Positions 25,110 through 38,005 of a stretch of 64,000 nt of DNA are shown here, piece after piece. The notes beneath the pieces are model-generated. The model worked only from the letters and a program-made list of their open reading frames with translations, did not search any database and was not told where the DNA came from. The position numbers and the translations under genes were made by a program. Every line of letters starts with the position of its first letter. The stretch's first letter is position 1. The stretch comes from Octopus bimaculoides (taxonomy: Eukaryota), in the NCBI RefSeq assembly GCF_001194135.2, contig NC_068993.1, positions 5,722,225 through 5,786,224 of the forward strand. The letters are read 5' to 3'.

Positions 25110-25155
<46 letters not shown>

Positions 25156-25196
25156 GTAGTTTTGTATGCATATCTCCCTATTTACTTACATATCTG

Positions 25197-25244
<48 letters not shown>

Positions 25245-26812
25245 ATAAAAAGTAATACACACATACATGTATATATGTGTGAGTGAGTGTGTGTATATGC
25301 GTATGATTGCACGTGTGCGTGTATGTGTGTGTGTGAGTGTGTGTGTGTATGTGTGCAAGAATGCATCTATGTCTATTGTCAAGATACAACTGAACACATA
25401 GGTTTCTAACGTTGCGGATGTACACCATCCGAAGCGTTGCTGTTTAGAAACGCCATGAAAATGTTTCATATACGTAAAAAAAATAAAATAAAAATGATTA
25501 AGAATCGAATATTTAAACTAATTACAAAGGTATCATGCCATGAATCCTATACATTGAATTCGACGCGAAGCAAATAACGGCTTTTTCAATGTCCCTTCTT
25601 CAGCGAGTTTGAGTGTAATACGGTAAAGGTTTCTCACCTTCCTGTATTAGAACTCTAATGTACAGGTAAGATGAAGGTGTTATTTTCGTTGATTACAAAA
25701 TTTCAAAACAATATTAGATATTAAACTCAGCAGATTTCTTTTCTGATACAAAACCCAGCCAATAATGAACATTGTACAGAAGCTCACAAAAGAAAATTAA
25801 AAAAACAAAACAAAACAAAAGAACAGAAATGAGTATTCGAATTGAAGTGTGTAAACATATGTCTGTGTTTGTATGTATACCTGTGTGTGCGTGTATGCCT
25901 CTCTGTGTGTGTATGTATATATACATGTATGTGTGTGTGCTGTAGTTATAGATGGGGAGGGAGGAACATGGCTGTCATTTTGCATATATATATATATATA
26001 TANNNNNNNNNNNNNNNNNNNNNNNNNNNNNNNNNNNNNNNNNNNNNNNNNNNNNNNNNNNNNNNNNNNNNNNNNNNNNNNNNNNNNNNNNNNNNNNNNN
26101 NNNNNNNNNNNNNNNNNNNNNNNNNNNNNNNNNNNNNNNNNNNNNNNNNNNNNNNNNNNNNNNNNNNNNNNNNNNNNNNNNNNNNNNNNNNNNNNNNNNN
26201 NNNNNNNNNNNNNNNNNNNNNNNNNNNNNNNNNNNNNNNNNNNNNNNNNNNNNNNNNNNNNNNNNNNNNNNNNNNNNNNNNNNNNNNNNNNNNNNNNNNN
26301 NNNNNNNNNNNNNNNNNNNNNNNNNNNNNNNNNNNNNNNNNNNNNNNNNNNNNNNNNNNNNNNNNNNNNNNNNNNNNNNNNNNNNNNNNNNNNNNNNNNN
26401 NNNNNNNNNNNNNNNNNNNNNNNNNNNNNNNNNNNNNNNNNNNNNNNNNNNNNNNNNNNNNNNNNNNNNNNNNNNNNNNNNNNNNNNNNNNNNNNNNNNN
26501 NNNNNNNNNNNNNNNNNNNNNNNNNNNNNNNNNNNNNNNNNNNNNNNNNNNNNNNNNNNNNNNNNNNNNNNNNNNNNNNNNNNNNNNNNNNNNNNNNNNN
26601 NNNNNNNNNNNNNNNNNNNNNNNNNNNNNNNNNNNNNNNNNNNNNNNNNNNNNNNNNNNNNNNNNNNNNNNNNNNNNNNNNNNNNNNNNNNNNNNNNNNN
26701 NNNTTCCTAATATCTGTTTGAAACCATTACCGTCACATTAAAATTAGTTTAACTACCAGCACCCATACCCTTCACCATTGGCATCACCATCTAAAACGCC
26801 ATCGTCGGTATG

Positions 26813-26847
<35 letters not shown>

Positions 26848-26854
26848 ATTGTAT

Positions 26855-26912
26855 CCGGAACCATGTGGTTGGTAAGCAAGCCACTTACCACACAGCCACT
26901 CCTGCGCCTGTA
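26855..26912 (-). mobile_element. SINE family C, 5' head fragment (a 3' tail fragment lies at about 26966-27003)
   Basis: CCGGAACCATGTGGTTGGTAAGCAAGCCACTTACCACACAGCCACTCCTGCGCC matches the heads at 8686-8740 and 43050-43108. Confidence 0.85.
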
Positions 26913-27029
26913 TATTAATTGTTTCTATGTTACGTTGTATATAAATAGAATTATTCGTTTATATGTTCCTGCCCTAAGGCTGTGACCATGCTGGGGCACC
27001 GCCAGTGTAATCACCTTTTGACAGGCCAA

Positions 27030-27595
27030 TTCTATGTGATTGGATTTGGGTGAAAGAGGGAGTTCGACACTGTTGCCCTCTTTTGTGTTTCCTGCCTTGA
27101 TATTGGTTCATCTGGGATCTTGGATAGGAGGTCAGATTGTTTCTTGAAAGCATCTCTATGGAGATCCTTCAGATGTTTAAGTAACTGTGGGCCCTCGAAT
27201 CCCAAGCTATTGCAGCACATGGTCCTCACTTTAGATGGGATAATTAGGACTTTTGGAGCAGTGCAATGACGTCCAATTTGAGGTCTGGTATAACTATCAA
27301 TTCCAAAGTTTGGTGCCAGCCCCTCCAGTATCTTCCACACATGTATCACTGCATACCTCTCCCGTCTTCGCTTCAAGGTGTAGAGCCGTAGCTCTTTCAG
27401 TCTCTCCCAGTAGCTTAGCTGTTCCATTGATGCAACCTTCCTCGTGTAGTATCGCTGAATCGCCTCAGGTTCTACTATTAATCCAACACTGTAAGCTGAC
27501 CACAGTTGAGAGCAATAGTCCAGACGGCTGAGAACAAACGTCCTTCATAGGCCCAGCATAGTTTCCTGGTCCCTTGACATTGAACTGAAGGACCA
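27030..27595 (-). mobile_element. CR1-group LINE relic, C-terminal end of ORF2
   Basis: SRDQETMLGL*RTFVLSRLDYCSQLWSAYSVGLIVEPEAIQRYYTRKVASMEQLSYWERLKELRLYTLKRRRERYAVIHVWKILEGL...SLGFEGPQLL...AFKKQSDLLSKIPDEP. The LDYCSQLW, LSYWERL.L.LY.L.RRR and FKK..D motifs of CR1-like ORF2 are present. Confidence 0.92.
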
Positions 27596-27647
27596 CTAAA
27601 TACATTTTAGTAAAGTACATATTTTTTAATTTCTACAAGATAAAGAC

Positions 27648-27695
27648 GGACCGTGACTGCGTAGTTTCGGTTTATCAACCGTCATCAGACTGTTC
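27648..27695 (-). ncRNA. Type I hammerhead ribozyme motif (minimal, Penelope-like-element type)
   Basis: Minus strand GAACAGU-CUGAUGA-C-GGUU(GAUA)AACC-GAAA-CU(ACGC)AG-UC/ACGGUCC. Core intact, 4-bp stem II, short stem III, GUC cleavage triplet, stem I 5 of 7 paired. Confidence 0.75.
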
Positions 27696-27879
27696 TTACT
27701 TGATCATGGATAGTAAGCGTAAACTTTGACGTCACTGTCAATGTGTTCCACGTAAAAATTAGTAGTGCGTTTGACTATACTACGCCCTTCCCTTATTTGT
27801 TAGATATTATCAGGTTGCTATCTCTAGCAGAGCATGCAAAGGCATCGGGTTGTAATCGTTATCTTTTTCTTTCGGAGGT

Positions 27880-27944
27880 GTTTACCTCTTTCGTGTTGTT
27901 GTTGTTAAAGTTGCTGTTGATATTTCCGTTGCTGCTACGGCTAC

Positions 27945-27981
<37 letters not shown>

Positions 27982-28041
27982 ACAGCAACAGCAGCAACAT
28001 CAGTAATAGTAGTAGTAGTAGCAACAGCAGCAGCAGTTGTG

Positions 28042-28099
<58 letters not shown>

Positions 28100-28345
28100 C
28101 AGCAGGAGTGGTGGTAGTAGCAATCATTGTTGTTGTTATTGTTTACTGGTATTGTTCCGCTTCCGCTTTCCAGATTCGTTTACTTGCTATGCTGTTCTTG
28201 TTCTTGTTGTTATTATTGTTGCTGCTGCTGTTGTTGTCAGAGTTTATGTTGCCGATGTTATTGCCGGCGCGGCTGTTGTTGTTGTTGTAATTATATCAAT
28301 GTTTCCTTCTTCTTCTTCTTCTTCTTCTTCTTCTTCTTCTAAACT
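27880..28345. repeat. (GTA)n/(GTT)n/(CTT)n trinucleotide arrays
   Basis: Direct reading. Confidence 0.95.
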
Positions 28346-28519
28346 GTAAAAGCTTTGTTATGCTCTGTTTAAAGTAGCCTCGACAATAACAGTAAACGCT
28401 AATGTCACGTGGTCGTGCCAGAGTATTTTCCGGACTTCATTTACACAAGATTTCTATATGAAGTCGTTAAAATTGAAATCACATCAGTGATTATTTGGCC
28501 AAAAGACAAAAGGGAGAGA

Positions 28520-28613
<94 letters not shown>

Positions 28614-29067
28614 AGCCACAGACCGCTTTACAATATAACTTCACAAATAACCAACGGATGAACAATCGACTGAGGAAACCGGCAATAACAAACATGTCTT
28701 TTATATTATTCACCTCAACCGCTGCCGCCATCTTTTTGTCCTATTTCTCTTTCTCTCCCTCCTCTTTCATTTTGGTAATGCTGTTCTTCTTGTTCTCCCT
28801 TTTCGTCTTTGCTTTTATATCATTATTTCATCAATATTCTGTGCCCCCTCCTCACTCTCCCACCACCATCGCAACTGAAATCACCGCTGTCGCCACCACC
28901 GAAGTCGTCGCCACCACCGAAGTCGCCACCCATACTGAACTCTCTTTCTTATACTTCCGTCTTTTCCACCTCGTCCTACACCTTTCCCTTCAGTCCCTCC
29001 ATCAGTATCATTTCTGCCTCTCTGTAATAAATATGCATACGTTATGCAAATGCATACATACATACAA

Positions 29068-29128
<61 letters not shown>

Positions 29129-29243
29129 CATATGCGCTATATTTCTATTCACGTATATATCTTTTGTTTATAAAGTTTCATTTGTCAACATAAGGAGCAA
29201 ATAGCTTCTTTCCATAATAATAATAATAATAATAATAATAATA

Positions 29244-29790
29244 GTTTCAATGTGTTGAACTGGAATATGAGCGAAATAAGGAAGATTGACAGGAAAATCC
29301 GTAAGCTGCTGTCTTGCAATAAAATGCACCGCTCAAAGGCAGACAGATCGTCTTTACCTACTCAGAGGTCAAGATGATCGAGGCTTGATCCAATTTGAGC
29401 TCTCTTACAAAACCACCACAATTGGACTGGCAGCATATCTTGAAACATCCAACGACTGGATGCTAAAGCTCTTTGAAAACCATGGAAAACGTAAGAAGTT
29501 TCATTCTGTTATGTTCTGTTATGTTTCAAGTGAGTTTATGCATAATGCCCAAGTTGAACAGCATGATGGAAGTACAGCAACTGTAATTACAAAGAAGGTT
29601 AAATCAATAGCAAAGTAAAATGCACTTGAACAATTGGCTGATAGGTGGGAGCAAAAACCTCTGTATGGTAAATATGTGGCCCATAACAAACAAGCTGATA
29701 TAGATGAGAAGTACACCCAACAGTGGCTACGGAGCTCAGAGTTAAAGGCAGAGAATGAAGGCTTTATCTTGGCTGCTCAGGATCAGAGCC
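29244..29790 (+). mobile_element. R4/Dong-type non-LTR retrotransposon relic (post-RT thumb/linker region)
   Basis: FNVLNWNMSEIRKIDRKIRKLLSCNKMHRSKAD/DRLYLLRGQDDRGLIQFELSYKTTTIGLAAYL...RWEQKPLYGKY...QWLRSSELKAENEGFILAAQDQS. Matches the H.KAD.DRLYL.R..GGRGL and K.ETEGFI.AAQDQ motifs of R4-clade elements; begins directly after (TAA)n at 29214-29243. Confidence 0.88.
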
Positions 29791-29989
29791 CTGAAATCTA
29801 TGCAATCTACCCCCCCCCCCNNNNNNNNNNCCATTCTACCAGCTCACCGCCTTAATAATAATGGTGATGATGATATAACAACAACAACAACAACAACAAC
29901 AACAATAATAATAATAATATATGAGAAGGGATATTAAGAGAGAATATATAAAGAATAAGTCAATTTACGTGTGTGTGAAAGAGTGAGGA

Positions 29990-30022
<33 letters not shown>

Positions 30023-30181
30023 AGGAGAAGAAAGACAGAGGAGTGTGTGAAAGAGGGAATGATAGACGGGAACACGAGAGAGGGAGGAAAGAATAGGTGA
30101 GAATGGGGTAGCAGAAGAAATTTGCGATTGTTAAAATGGTGGAAAGTAAAACCTTCAGTGAAAATCTGTAAAATACTTTGT

Positions 30182-30227
<46 letters not shown>

Positions 30228-30418
30228 GCGTGTGAATGCATGTATCTGTATATTTGCATTTGCACGTGTGCATCTATGTGTGTACATGTTTTGGATGCCT
30301 CTGTACATGTCTGTGTGAATGTACATGTGAAGGTGTGTTTGCATGCTAGCGTGTAAGTTTGCTTCGTGTATGTGGGTATTCGTGTGTTTGTAGATACGCA
30401 TGTAAATATGAATATAAG

Positions 30419-30475
<57 letters not shown>

Positions 30476-30899
30476 NNNNNNNNNNGAGAAAGAGAGAGAG
30501 GGAGAGATAGAGAGAGATAGAGAGATACTCATACTGTGACACAGAAAAACAGAGAGAGATAGAAATAAAGAGAGACAGAGTGAAATGGAGGAAGAGAAAT
30601 GGTGCTGGTGAAAGGGTAAATTTAAGTGAAACATCCATATTGGATCGTGAGGTGATAAGAGGTATAGTAAGAGGATGGAAATCAATGGGAGATAACTCAA
30701 TAGAGAGATAAATAGAGAAAGAGAGTGAGAGAAAGAGAAAGAGAGTGAGAGAAAGAGAAAGAGAGAATGATGAGGGGGGGGAGAAAGAGATATAGAGAGA
30801 TGGAGTGACAAAGAGAGAGAGAGAGAGAAAGTAAAGGAGATGGAGAGACAGACAGGGAAGAAAAGACGGAGATATAGAGAGACGGAGTAAATGAGAAAA

Positions 30900-30954
<55 letters not shown>

Positions 30955-31136
30955 GATGATATTTTTTTAGTCTATCTCTAATTTTTATTCTTTATTGTTT
31001 ATATTTCTTCCACAATGAGAAAAATGGCATCGAATAATTTTTATTCTATTTACTTCTGTTAGTGCAGACGTACTAAACTCTCTTTGTATAGATAGTACAT
31101 GCATATACCTGAATACATTCATAGAAACATGCATGC

Positions 31137-31167
<31 letters not shown>

Positions 31168-31420
31168 TGCACACACACACACACATATACATAATTGCAC
31201 CCATATATACACATATACATAGAAGCTTAAATACATACATATAAAATACAAATGTACATATGTTACGTACAAACAAGTACGACGTTCATTTCATTTAGAA
31301 TCAAGCAATTATAGAAGATACACATATTCGTAAAAAGACACACACACACATACATATATATATATAAGTACATTAAAACACACAAGCATGCATACAGATA
31401 TGCATACATCGGTACATCAT

Positions 31421-31460
<40 letters not shown>

Positions 31461-31786
31461 GTATATATATACGCAAAATCCGCATACATACTCCACAGTC
31501 ACCCGAACCACCGCCATATTTGCACTGCCTGAATACTCGTCACCATCATGGCACCACCACCACCGACGCCGCTACATTAAGAATACACAAAGTCTAATTA
31601 CGGTAGCGTATTCCCAACACTAATTTCAAAGTAATTCCATTAAGCGACAGAACGAGATTGTTTTCTCACTTTGACTTTATGCATACGCACGCAAACACAC
31701 ACACACACACACATACACACACACAGAGTTGAGTATATCATCTGTTTATATATATAAACGTATACATATGTATGTGTATACTTATG

Positions 31787-31827
<41 letters not shown>

Positions 31828-32716
31828 NNNNNNNNNNNNNNNNNNNNNNNNNNNNNNNNNNNNNNNNNNNNNNNNNNNNNNNNNNNNNNNNNNNNNNNNN
31901 NNNNNNNNNNNNNNNNNNNNNNNNNNNNNNNNNNNNNNNNNNNNNNNNNNNNNNNNNNNNNNNNNNNNNNNNNNNNNNNNNNNNNNNNNNNNNNNNNNNN
32001 NNNNNNNNNNNNNNNNNNNNNNNNNNNNNNNNNNNNNNNNNNNNNNNNNNNNNNNNNNNNNNNNNNNNNNNNNNNNNNNNNNNNNNNNNNNNNNNNNNNN
32101 NNNNNNNNNNNNNNNNNNNNNNNNNNNNNNNNNNNNNNNNNNNNNNNNNNNNNNNNNNNNNNNNNNNNNNNNNNNNNNNNNNNNNNNNNNNNNNNNNNNN
32201 NNNNNNNNNNNNNNNNNNNNNNNNNNNNNNNNNNNNNNNNNNNNNNNNNNNNNNNNNNNNNNNNNNNNNNNNNNNNNNNNNNNNNNNNNNNNNNNNNNNN
32301 NNNNNNNNNNNNNNNNNNNNNNNNNNNNNNNNNNNNNNNNNNNNNNNNNNNNNNNNNNNNNNNNNNNNNNNNNNNNNNNNNNNNCCGCAAACACTGAATC
32401 AAACTTATGTCCCGGATAGCGGTAATGTATAGACATATCTGTTTTGTATGATTTATTCGTGATGTTACATTTTCGCTCTAATTCACTTGTATGGGTATTA
32501 TACTGAATTCCAAATTATGTATTGAACTCTTTGAGAGAAAAATATCTCGCTCTTAGCTGATATATCAACCTATCTAAATGCACATGGGTATCTAGCACGT
32601 ACCCAGCCACCCACTCTCTATCTATCTGCCGGAAAGTATTTCTGTCTGTCTATCTGTCAGTTTGCCTTTGTTTCTTTTTGTCTATCTTTCTGTCTGTCTG
32701 CCTGTCCATTCATCCG

Positions 32717-32755
<39 letters not shown>

Positions 32756-32786
32756 GCCTGTCCATTCANNNNNNNNNNTTCATCCG

Positions 32787-32828
<42 letters not shown>

Positions 32829-33114
32829 GATCCATCCATCCATCCATCCTTTTAAACATAAAAGACAGATTACGAGTGTTTCTAGATAGGCTATGCTATG
32901 CTTTGGAAATAAATTTTAAAAATCTTGATGGTCACGACAGGAGCGCTTTTGATTATAGCTCAACAGTGTTTTGACCGAGAGCAAAGCATCAAAATACCAT
33001 ATACCACAATATACTACGGCCTGTACATTCGATATTAAAAACAACATAGCGACACAACACCGCGTCACAGAGCGAAATAAGACGCTACACCACCACTTCG
33101 GGGAGAGGGGGTAG

Positions 33115-33330
33115 ACTCAAAGTGGTTGCTAGACTTGCTGAATCTAACAGCTAAACTGTCATCAAATCACTCTGTACAATCTTAAAAGAAGGACGCATTT
33201 GGTAGACATGTCGTCCTGCGATTCCTGCAGATGGGGAAACAACAGGATTGCCACGATTGGAAATCAATACCTTTTTTACTATGAGTGAGGGTCGATCAGG
33301 GATTAAATCAGAACAACAACAACAACAACG
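33115..33330 (+). mobile_element. Repeat family D, diverged copy ending in (CAA)n
   Basis: GACTTGCTGAATCTAACAGCTAAACTGTCATCAAATCACTCTG...CTTAAAAGAAGGAC...GATCAGGGATTAAATCAGAACAACAAC. Confidence 0.55.
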
Positions 33331-34303
33331 ACAATAATCACAACTACTGCTGCTGCTGCTGCTGCTGCTGCGTCTATAAAATATCTCAGTGTCAGTATCA
33401 CAGGAGGTGGGGGCTAGTTTGAAATATGTTGTGGAACAGAGATGCAAGCCCTAAGGAAAATGCCAAATGAACCTAACAACAACAATAACAACAGCAACAA
33501 AAACAACAACATCACAAACAAATCAAATACCACCACCACCACCACCACGATTACAGCCACAACAACAACAACAGCTCCTGCCACAGTCACTACCATCAAT
33601 ACTATCACATTCACCACCACCGCCACCACCACCAACAGTAACAGCAACAACAACAACAATCACGAAATAATTTATGTCTTCCATCTTCCATAATTCTATG
33701 AATAATAAATAATTTGTTGCAAAGGCACGACTCCTTCCCTTCCCGCAACAAAAATAATTCTTTTTAGAAAAGAAGCTATTAAACTTCTTCCTTTCTTTCT
33801 TTCACTTTACTCCTTCCTTCCTTTTTTTCCCGCTCATTCTTCTCTCGTGCTATCCTACAATCACCTTTTCCCTCCCCCTTCTCGCTTATTCTCTCCTCTT
33901 TCTTTTTTCTCTTTTACCTTCTTCCTCTTCTTTTTACTCGTTCATTCTTCTTCCACCCACCCTCATTCTTCCTTCATTTCATTCCTTCCCTGTTTCCTTA
34001 TTCTTCCAATTAATTATTCCTTTGCTTTAGCTTTTTCCTTTCAAATCTGCAATTTCTTCTTCTTTCAAGCTTTTCTCATTCATTCATTTTTATTCCCTGC
34101 CTTTCTTGTCTCCGTGTTTCCCAGTCAGTCTCTGCGCGTGCGTGTCTGTTTTCCTGTCTGTCTGTATGTCTTCCTGTCCGCCTCCCTGTCTCTCTGTGCG
34201 TGTGTTTTCCTGTCTGTCTGTGTGTCTTCTTGTCTTTCTATCTCTTTCCTCTTTCCTTCCAAATATTCCCCCCATCTCTCTATTCCTTTACCCTTTACTT
34301 TTT

Positions 34304-34538
34304 TTTTATTTGTTTCAGTTATTGGACTGCGGCCATGCTGGAGCACCACCTTGAAGGATTCAATCGACCAAATCCACACTGTTTCTGTCTATCAAATCCA
34401 CTTAAAAGGCGGTGACCAGCCTGAGCCTATTGTAGAAGACACTTGCTCAAGGTGCCGCGTAGTGGGATTGAACCCGAAATCCCATAGTTGCAAAGCGATC
34501 TTCTTAATCACAGAGCCATGGCTGTGCCCATGCCTGTA
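34304..34538 (-). mobile_element. SINE family C with internal deletion (microsatellite and part of 3' module missing)
   Basis: TTGTTTCAGTTATTGGACTGCGGCCATGCTGGAGCACC joined to GAAGACACTTGCTCAAGGTGCCGCGTAGTGGGATTGAACCCG. Confidence 0.85.
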
Positions 34539-34620
34539 GCTTTCTTTTTTCCACTTTTAACCGCTTTTTCATCTATTTTCTTTGTCATTCATTCATTTTG
34601 TCTTCCTATGTGTGTGTGTG

Positions 34621-34672
34621 TGGTCTCTGATGAAGGGATGTCCGTAATATCCCTGAAACAGCTGTAAGACTA
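34621..34672 (+). ncRNA. Type I hammerhead ribozyme motif with palindromic stem III (minimal, Penelope-like-element type)
   Basis: UGGUCU-CUGAUGA-AGGGAU(GUCCGUAAU)AUCCCU-GAAA-CAGCUG-UA/AGACUA. Core intact, 6-bp stem II, 6-bp stem I (one G-U), palindromic ACAGCUGU stem III, GUA triplet with predicted cut after A34666. Confidence 0.85.
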
Positions 34673-34729
34673 TTTCATTATAAATGTCCTGAAAACCCCT
34701 CACAGCCTTGGATTTATTATCTCACTCTG

Positions 34730-34817
<88 letters not shown>

Positions 34818-34981
34818 CATTGCTCAATTTTATTTCAAGATTTCTTGCCTATAGAGAAAGAGCCGGTTTCTAACCTAAACCCAAGGCCACTTCAGTGGAA
34901 TTTCAACGTCAACATGAGGGTATTTTTGTATGTATGTATGTATGTATGTATCTCCTTCTCTGTCTGGTGCATATATATATC

Positions 34982-35013
<32 letters not shown>

Positions 35014-36102
35014 GTCTTTACTTTTTTTCCTTTCTTTCACTTCTTCCTTCCTTATTCAACTTCCGCTTTATCTCTCGTCTCTCCAGATTTCATTCATATC
35101 TTTTCAACCACCCCTCTCCATTTTCCTTCTTATTTTCTTTCACACAACGATCTGTCATTCCTTCATACTTCTTCCATTCGTTCATTCACACTTTTATTTT
35201 CAATTTTGCTACAATATTTTCATTCTTTTATTCGCTCCATTCTCTCGTTCCCACTGTCCCTTAATTTGCTTCATTCTCTCATACTCTCACTTCATTTATT
35301 CCCTCGTTCCAACCACTCCCTCGTTTACTCCAGTCTTTTAGTTGCTTCGTTCTTTCATTCCCGCCATTATCTCATTCTCTCCATTCCTTAACTTCCTTCA
35401 TTCTCTCATTCTCATCATTCTTTCATTTCTTCCATTTTTCCTTCCCCTCTATTCTCTAATCCCTTCATTCTTTCATTCCCCCATTCTCTCATTTCCTCCA
35501 TTCATTCATTCCTCATTCTATACAATTTCTCTGTCTTTTTTTTTTTTTTTTGCTATCTCCATTATCATATTTTTCCGTTCTGCAGTATATTTTAATATTT
35601 TCTTTTATATTTGTTTCAGTTTGCTTTCTTTTTTTAGTTTTTATTTCAATCAAATTATTTATTTATTTATCCATTTTTTTCTGTGGAAATTCTTGATCAT
35701 TTATTTCCGTCGTCTGCCAAAGATATTCAATAACAGTGACACGTATTGAGGTAACCCAGTTTATCTACGTCAATCTCAATTCGAAACTACCTTCTCTTAG
35801 ACTGCAGATTGTACCAACTGAATAATAACGCTAAGGAAATGCAAAGTACAAACACTCCCCCCCACCACGCATACATACAAACACATACATACACACATGC
35901 ATACATTCTATACACCGACATATTCCATCGTATGTGCACAAACATATGTATTCATTTATATATATATATACAATCATAGACACACAGAGTCACTCATACA
36001 AACTATTGCATTCTCGCATTCATGCAAACATTCATTTATTGATACATAATTACAAAGAAACAATGATGCATATATACATATATACATTCGTAAACAAATA
36101 CA

Positions 36103-36134
<32 letters not shown>

Positions 36135-36224
36135 GGTGTGAGTGCGTATACGTATGACTCCTGTTCACTTTTCATTCATTGAAATATTCATTGAATATAT
36201 ATATATATACACACATATATATGA

Positions 36225-36262
<38 letters not shown>

Positions 36263-36851
36263 ATATGTATATATATATATATGTATATATATGCATGTAT
36301 GTACATATATATGTACGTATATATATATATGTATGTATTTATATATATATACATATATATGCATGCATACACACACACACACACACACAGATATATGAAG
36401 ATCTAAAATATACATACATTCATTCACACTCATATACGTCGACAGATATGAATCTATACATTTCCATAAGATATTGATGCATACAAAGAGATACATATTC
36501 ACACATGTACAAATACATGCAGTATGCGTATATACACATTCACGCACATATAAATATGCATATTAAACAAACATGCACGTATATACATTGTAATTCTATT
36601 ATGACTCTCATTATGTATGCATTATGTATTGGTACGTATTCAAACTTTTGATGATATCGTAATATATTGGCAATTTCACTATTTTTCTCATTGCCCAAGT
36701 ATGTTATGCACACACACACATATATACTCGCGCGTGCATGCACACTCACGCACTCCACCACTCACGCACAAACGGACATACACAAACATAGACAGCTGGA
36801 CACGCCCATACACAGATAAGTACACACACTCTCATGTCTATGCATGCATGC

Positions 36852-36891
<40 letters not shown>

Positions 36892-36982
36892 TCGAGTGTT
36901 TAAGAATAATAAAGTCGTACTCTACAAATGTATACAGAAACCCATAAGATTAATGTAAAATTATTATCATAATAGAATATAC

Positions 36983-37024
<42 letters not shown>

Positions 37025-37873
37025 CAGTTAGCTATATATATTGTAAAAGCACAANNNNNNNNNNNNNNNNNNNNNNNNNNNNNNNNNNNNNNNNNNNNNN
37101 NNNNNNNNNNNNNNNNNNNNNNNNNNNNNNNNNNNNNNNNNNNNNNNNNNNNNNNNNNNNNNNNNNNNNNNNNNNNNNNNNNNNNNNNNNNNNNNNNNNN
37201 NNNNNNNNNNNNNNNNNNNNNNNNNNNNNNNNNNNNNNNNNNNNNNNNNNNNNNNNNNNNNNNNNNNNNNNNNNNNNNNNNNNNNNNNNNNNNNNNNNNN
37301 NNNNNNNNNNNNNNNNNNNNNNNNNNNNNNNNNNNNNNNNNNNNNNNNNNNNNNNNNNNNNNNNNNNNNNNNNNNNNNNNNNNNNNNNNNNNNNNNNNNN
37401 NNNNNNNNNNNNNNNNNNNNNNNNNNNNNNNNNNNNNNNNNNNNNNNNNNNNNNNNNNNNNNNNNNNNNNNNNNNNNNNNNNNNNNNNNNNNNNNNNNNN
37501 NNNNNNNNNNNNNNNNNNNNNNNNNNNNNNNNNNCATATACATACATATACATACATATACATACATATACATATATATACATACATATACATACATATA
37601 CATATATATACATACATATATATATATATATAGTGTGTGTGTGTGTTTGTGTATGTATGTCCACGCACACAAGATTTTGTACATTTGGTAAAGATTTGAG
37701 AAACATTCGCAAAATATGTGATCCATCTTTAGAGCTAATATTTAAACTAAATTATATTTCATAATTCTATATTTCTACATCTCTACATTATATGTATTTA
37801 TTGTACTTTATTGAATAGCGCTCTTAGTTAAATAACAAGAAAGAGATTTGTCTGTGTGTGTTTACTCTCTCAT

Positions 37874-38005
37874 GTGAGTGAGTGAGTGAGTGAGTGAGTG
37901 AGTGAGTGAGTGAGTGAGTGAGTGAGTGAGTGAGTGAGTGAGTGAGTGAGNNNNNNNNNNGAGTGAGTGAGTGAGTGAGTGTGTGTGTGTGTGTGTGTGT
38001 GTGTA
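37874..38005. repeat. (GTGA)n then (GT)n microsatellite
   Basis: Direct reading; interrupted by a 10-N gap. Confidence 0.95.

Noticed and set aside
25604-25665. Plus-strand AG...CAG|GTAAGA exon-like 62-mer
   Set aside because: Stops in all frames, an overlapping donor motif on the opposite strand, and no supporting neighbours; consistent with chance.
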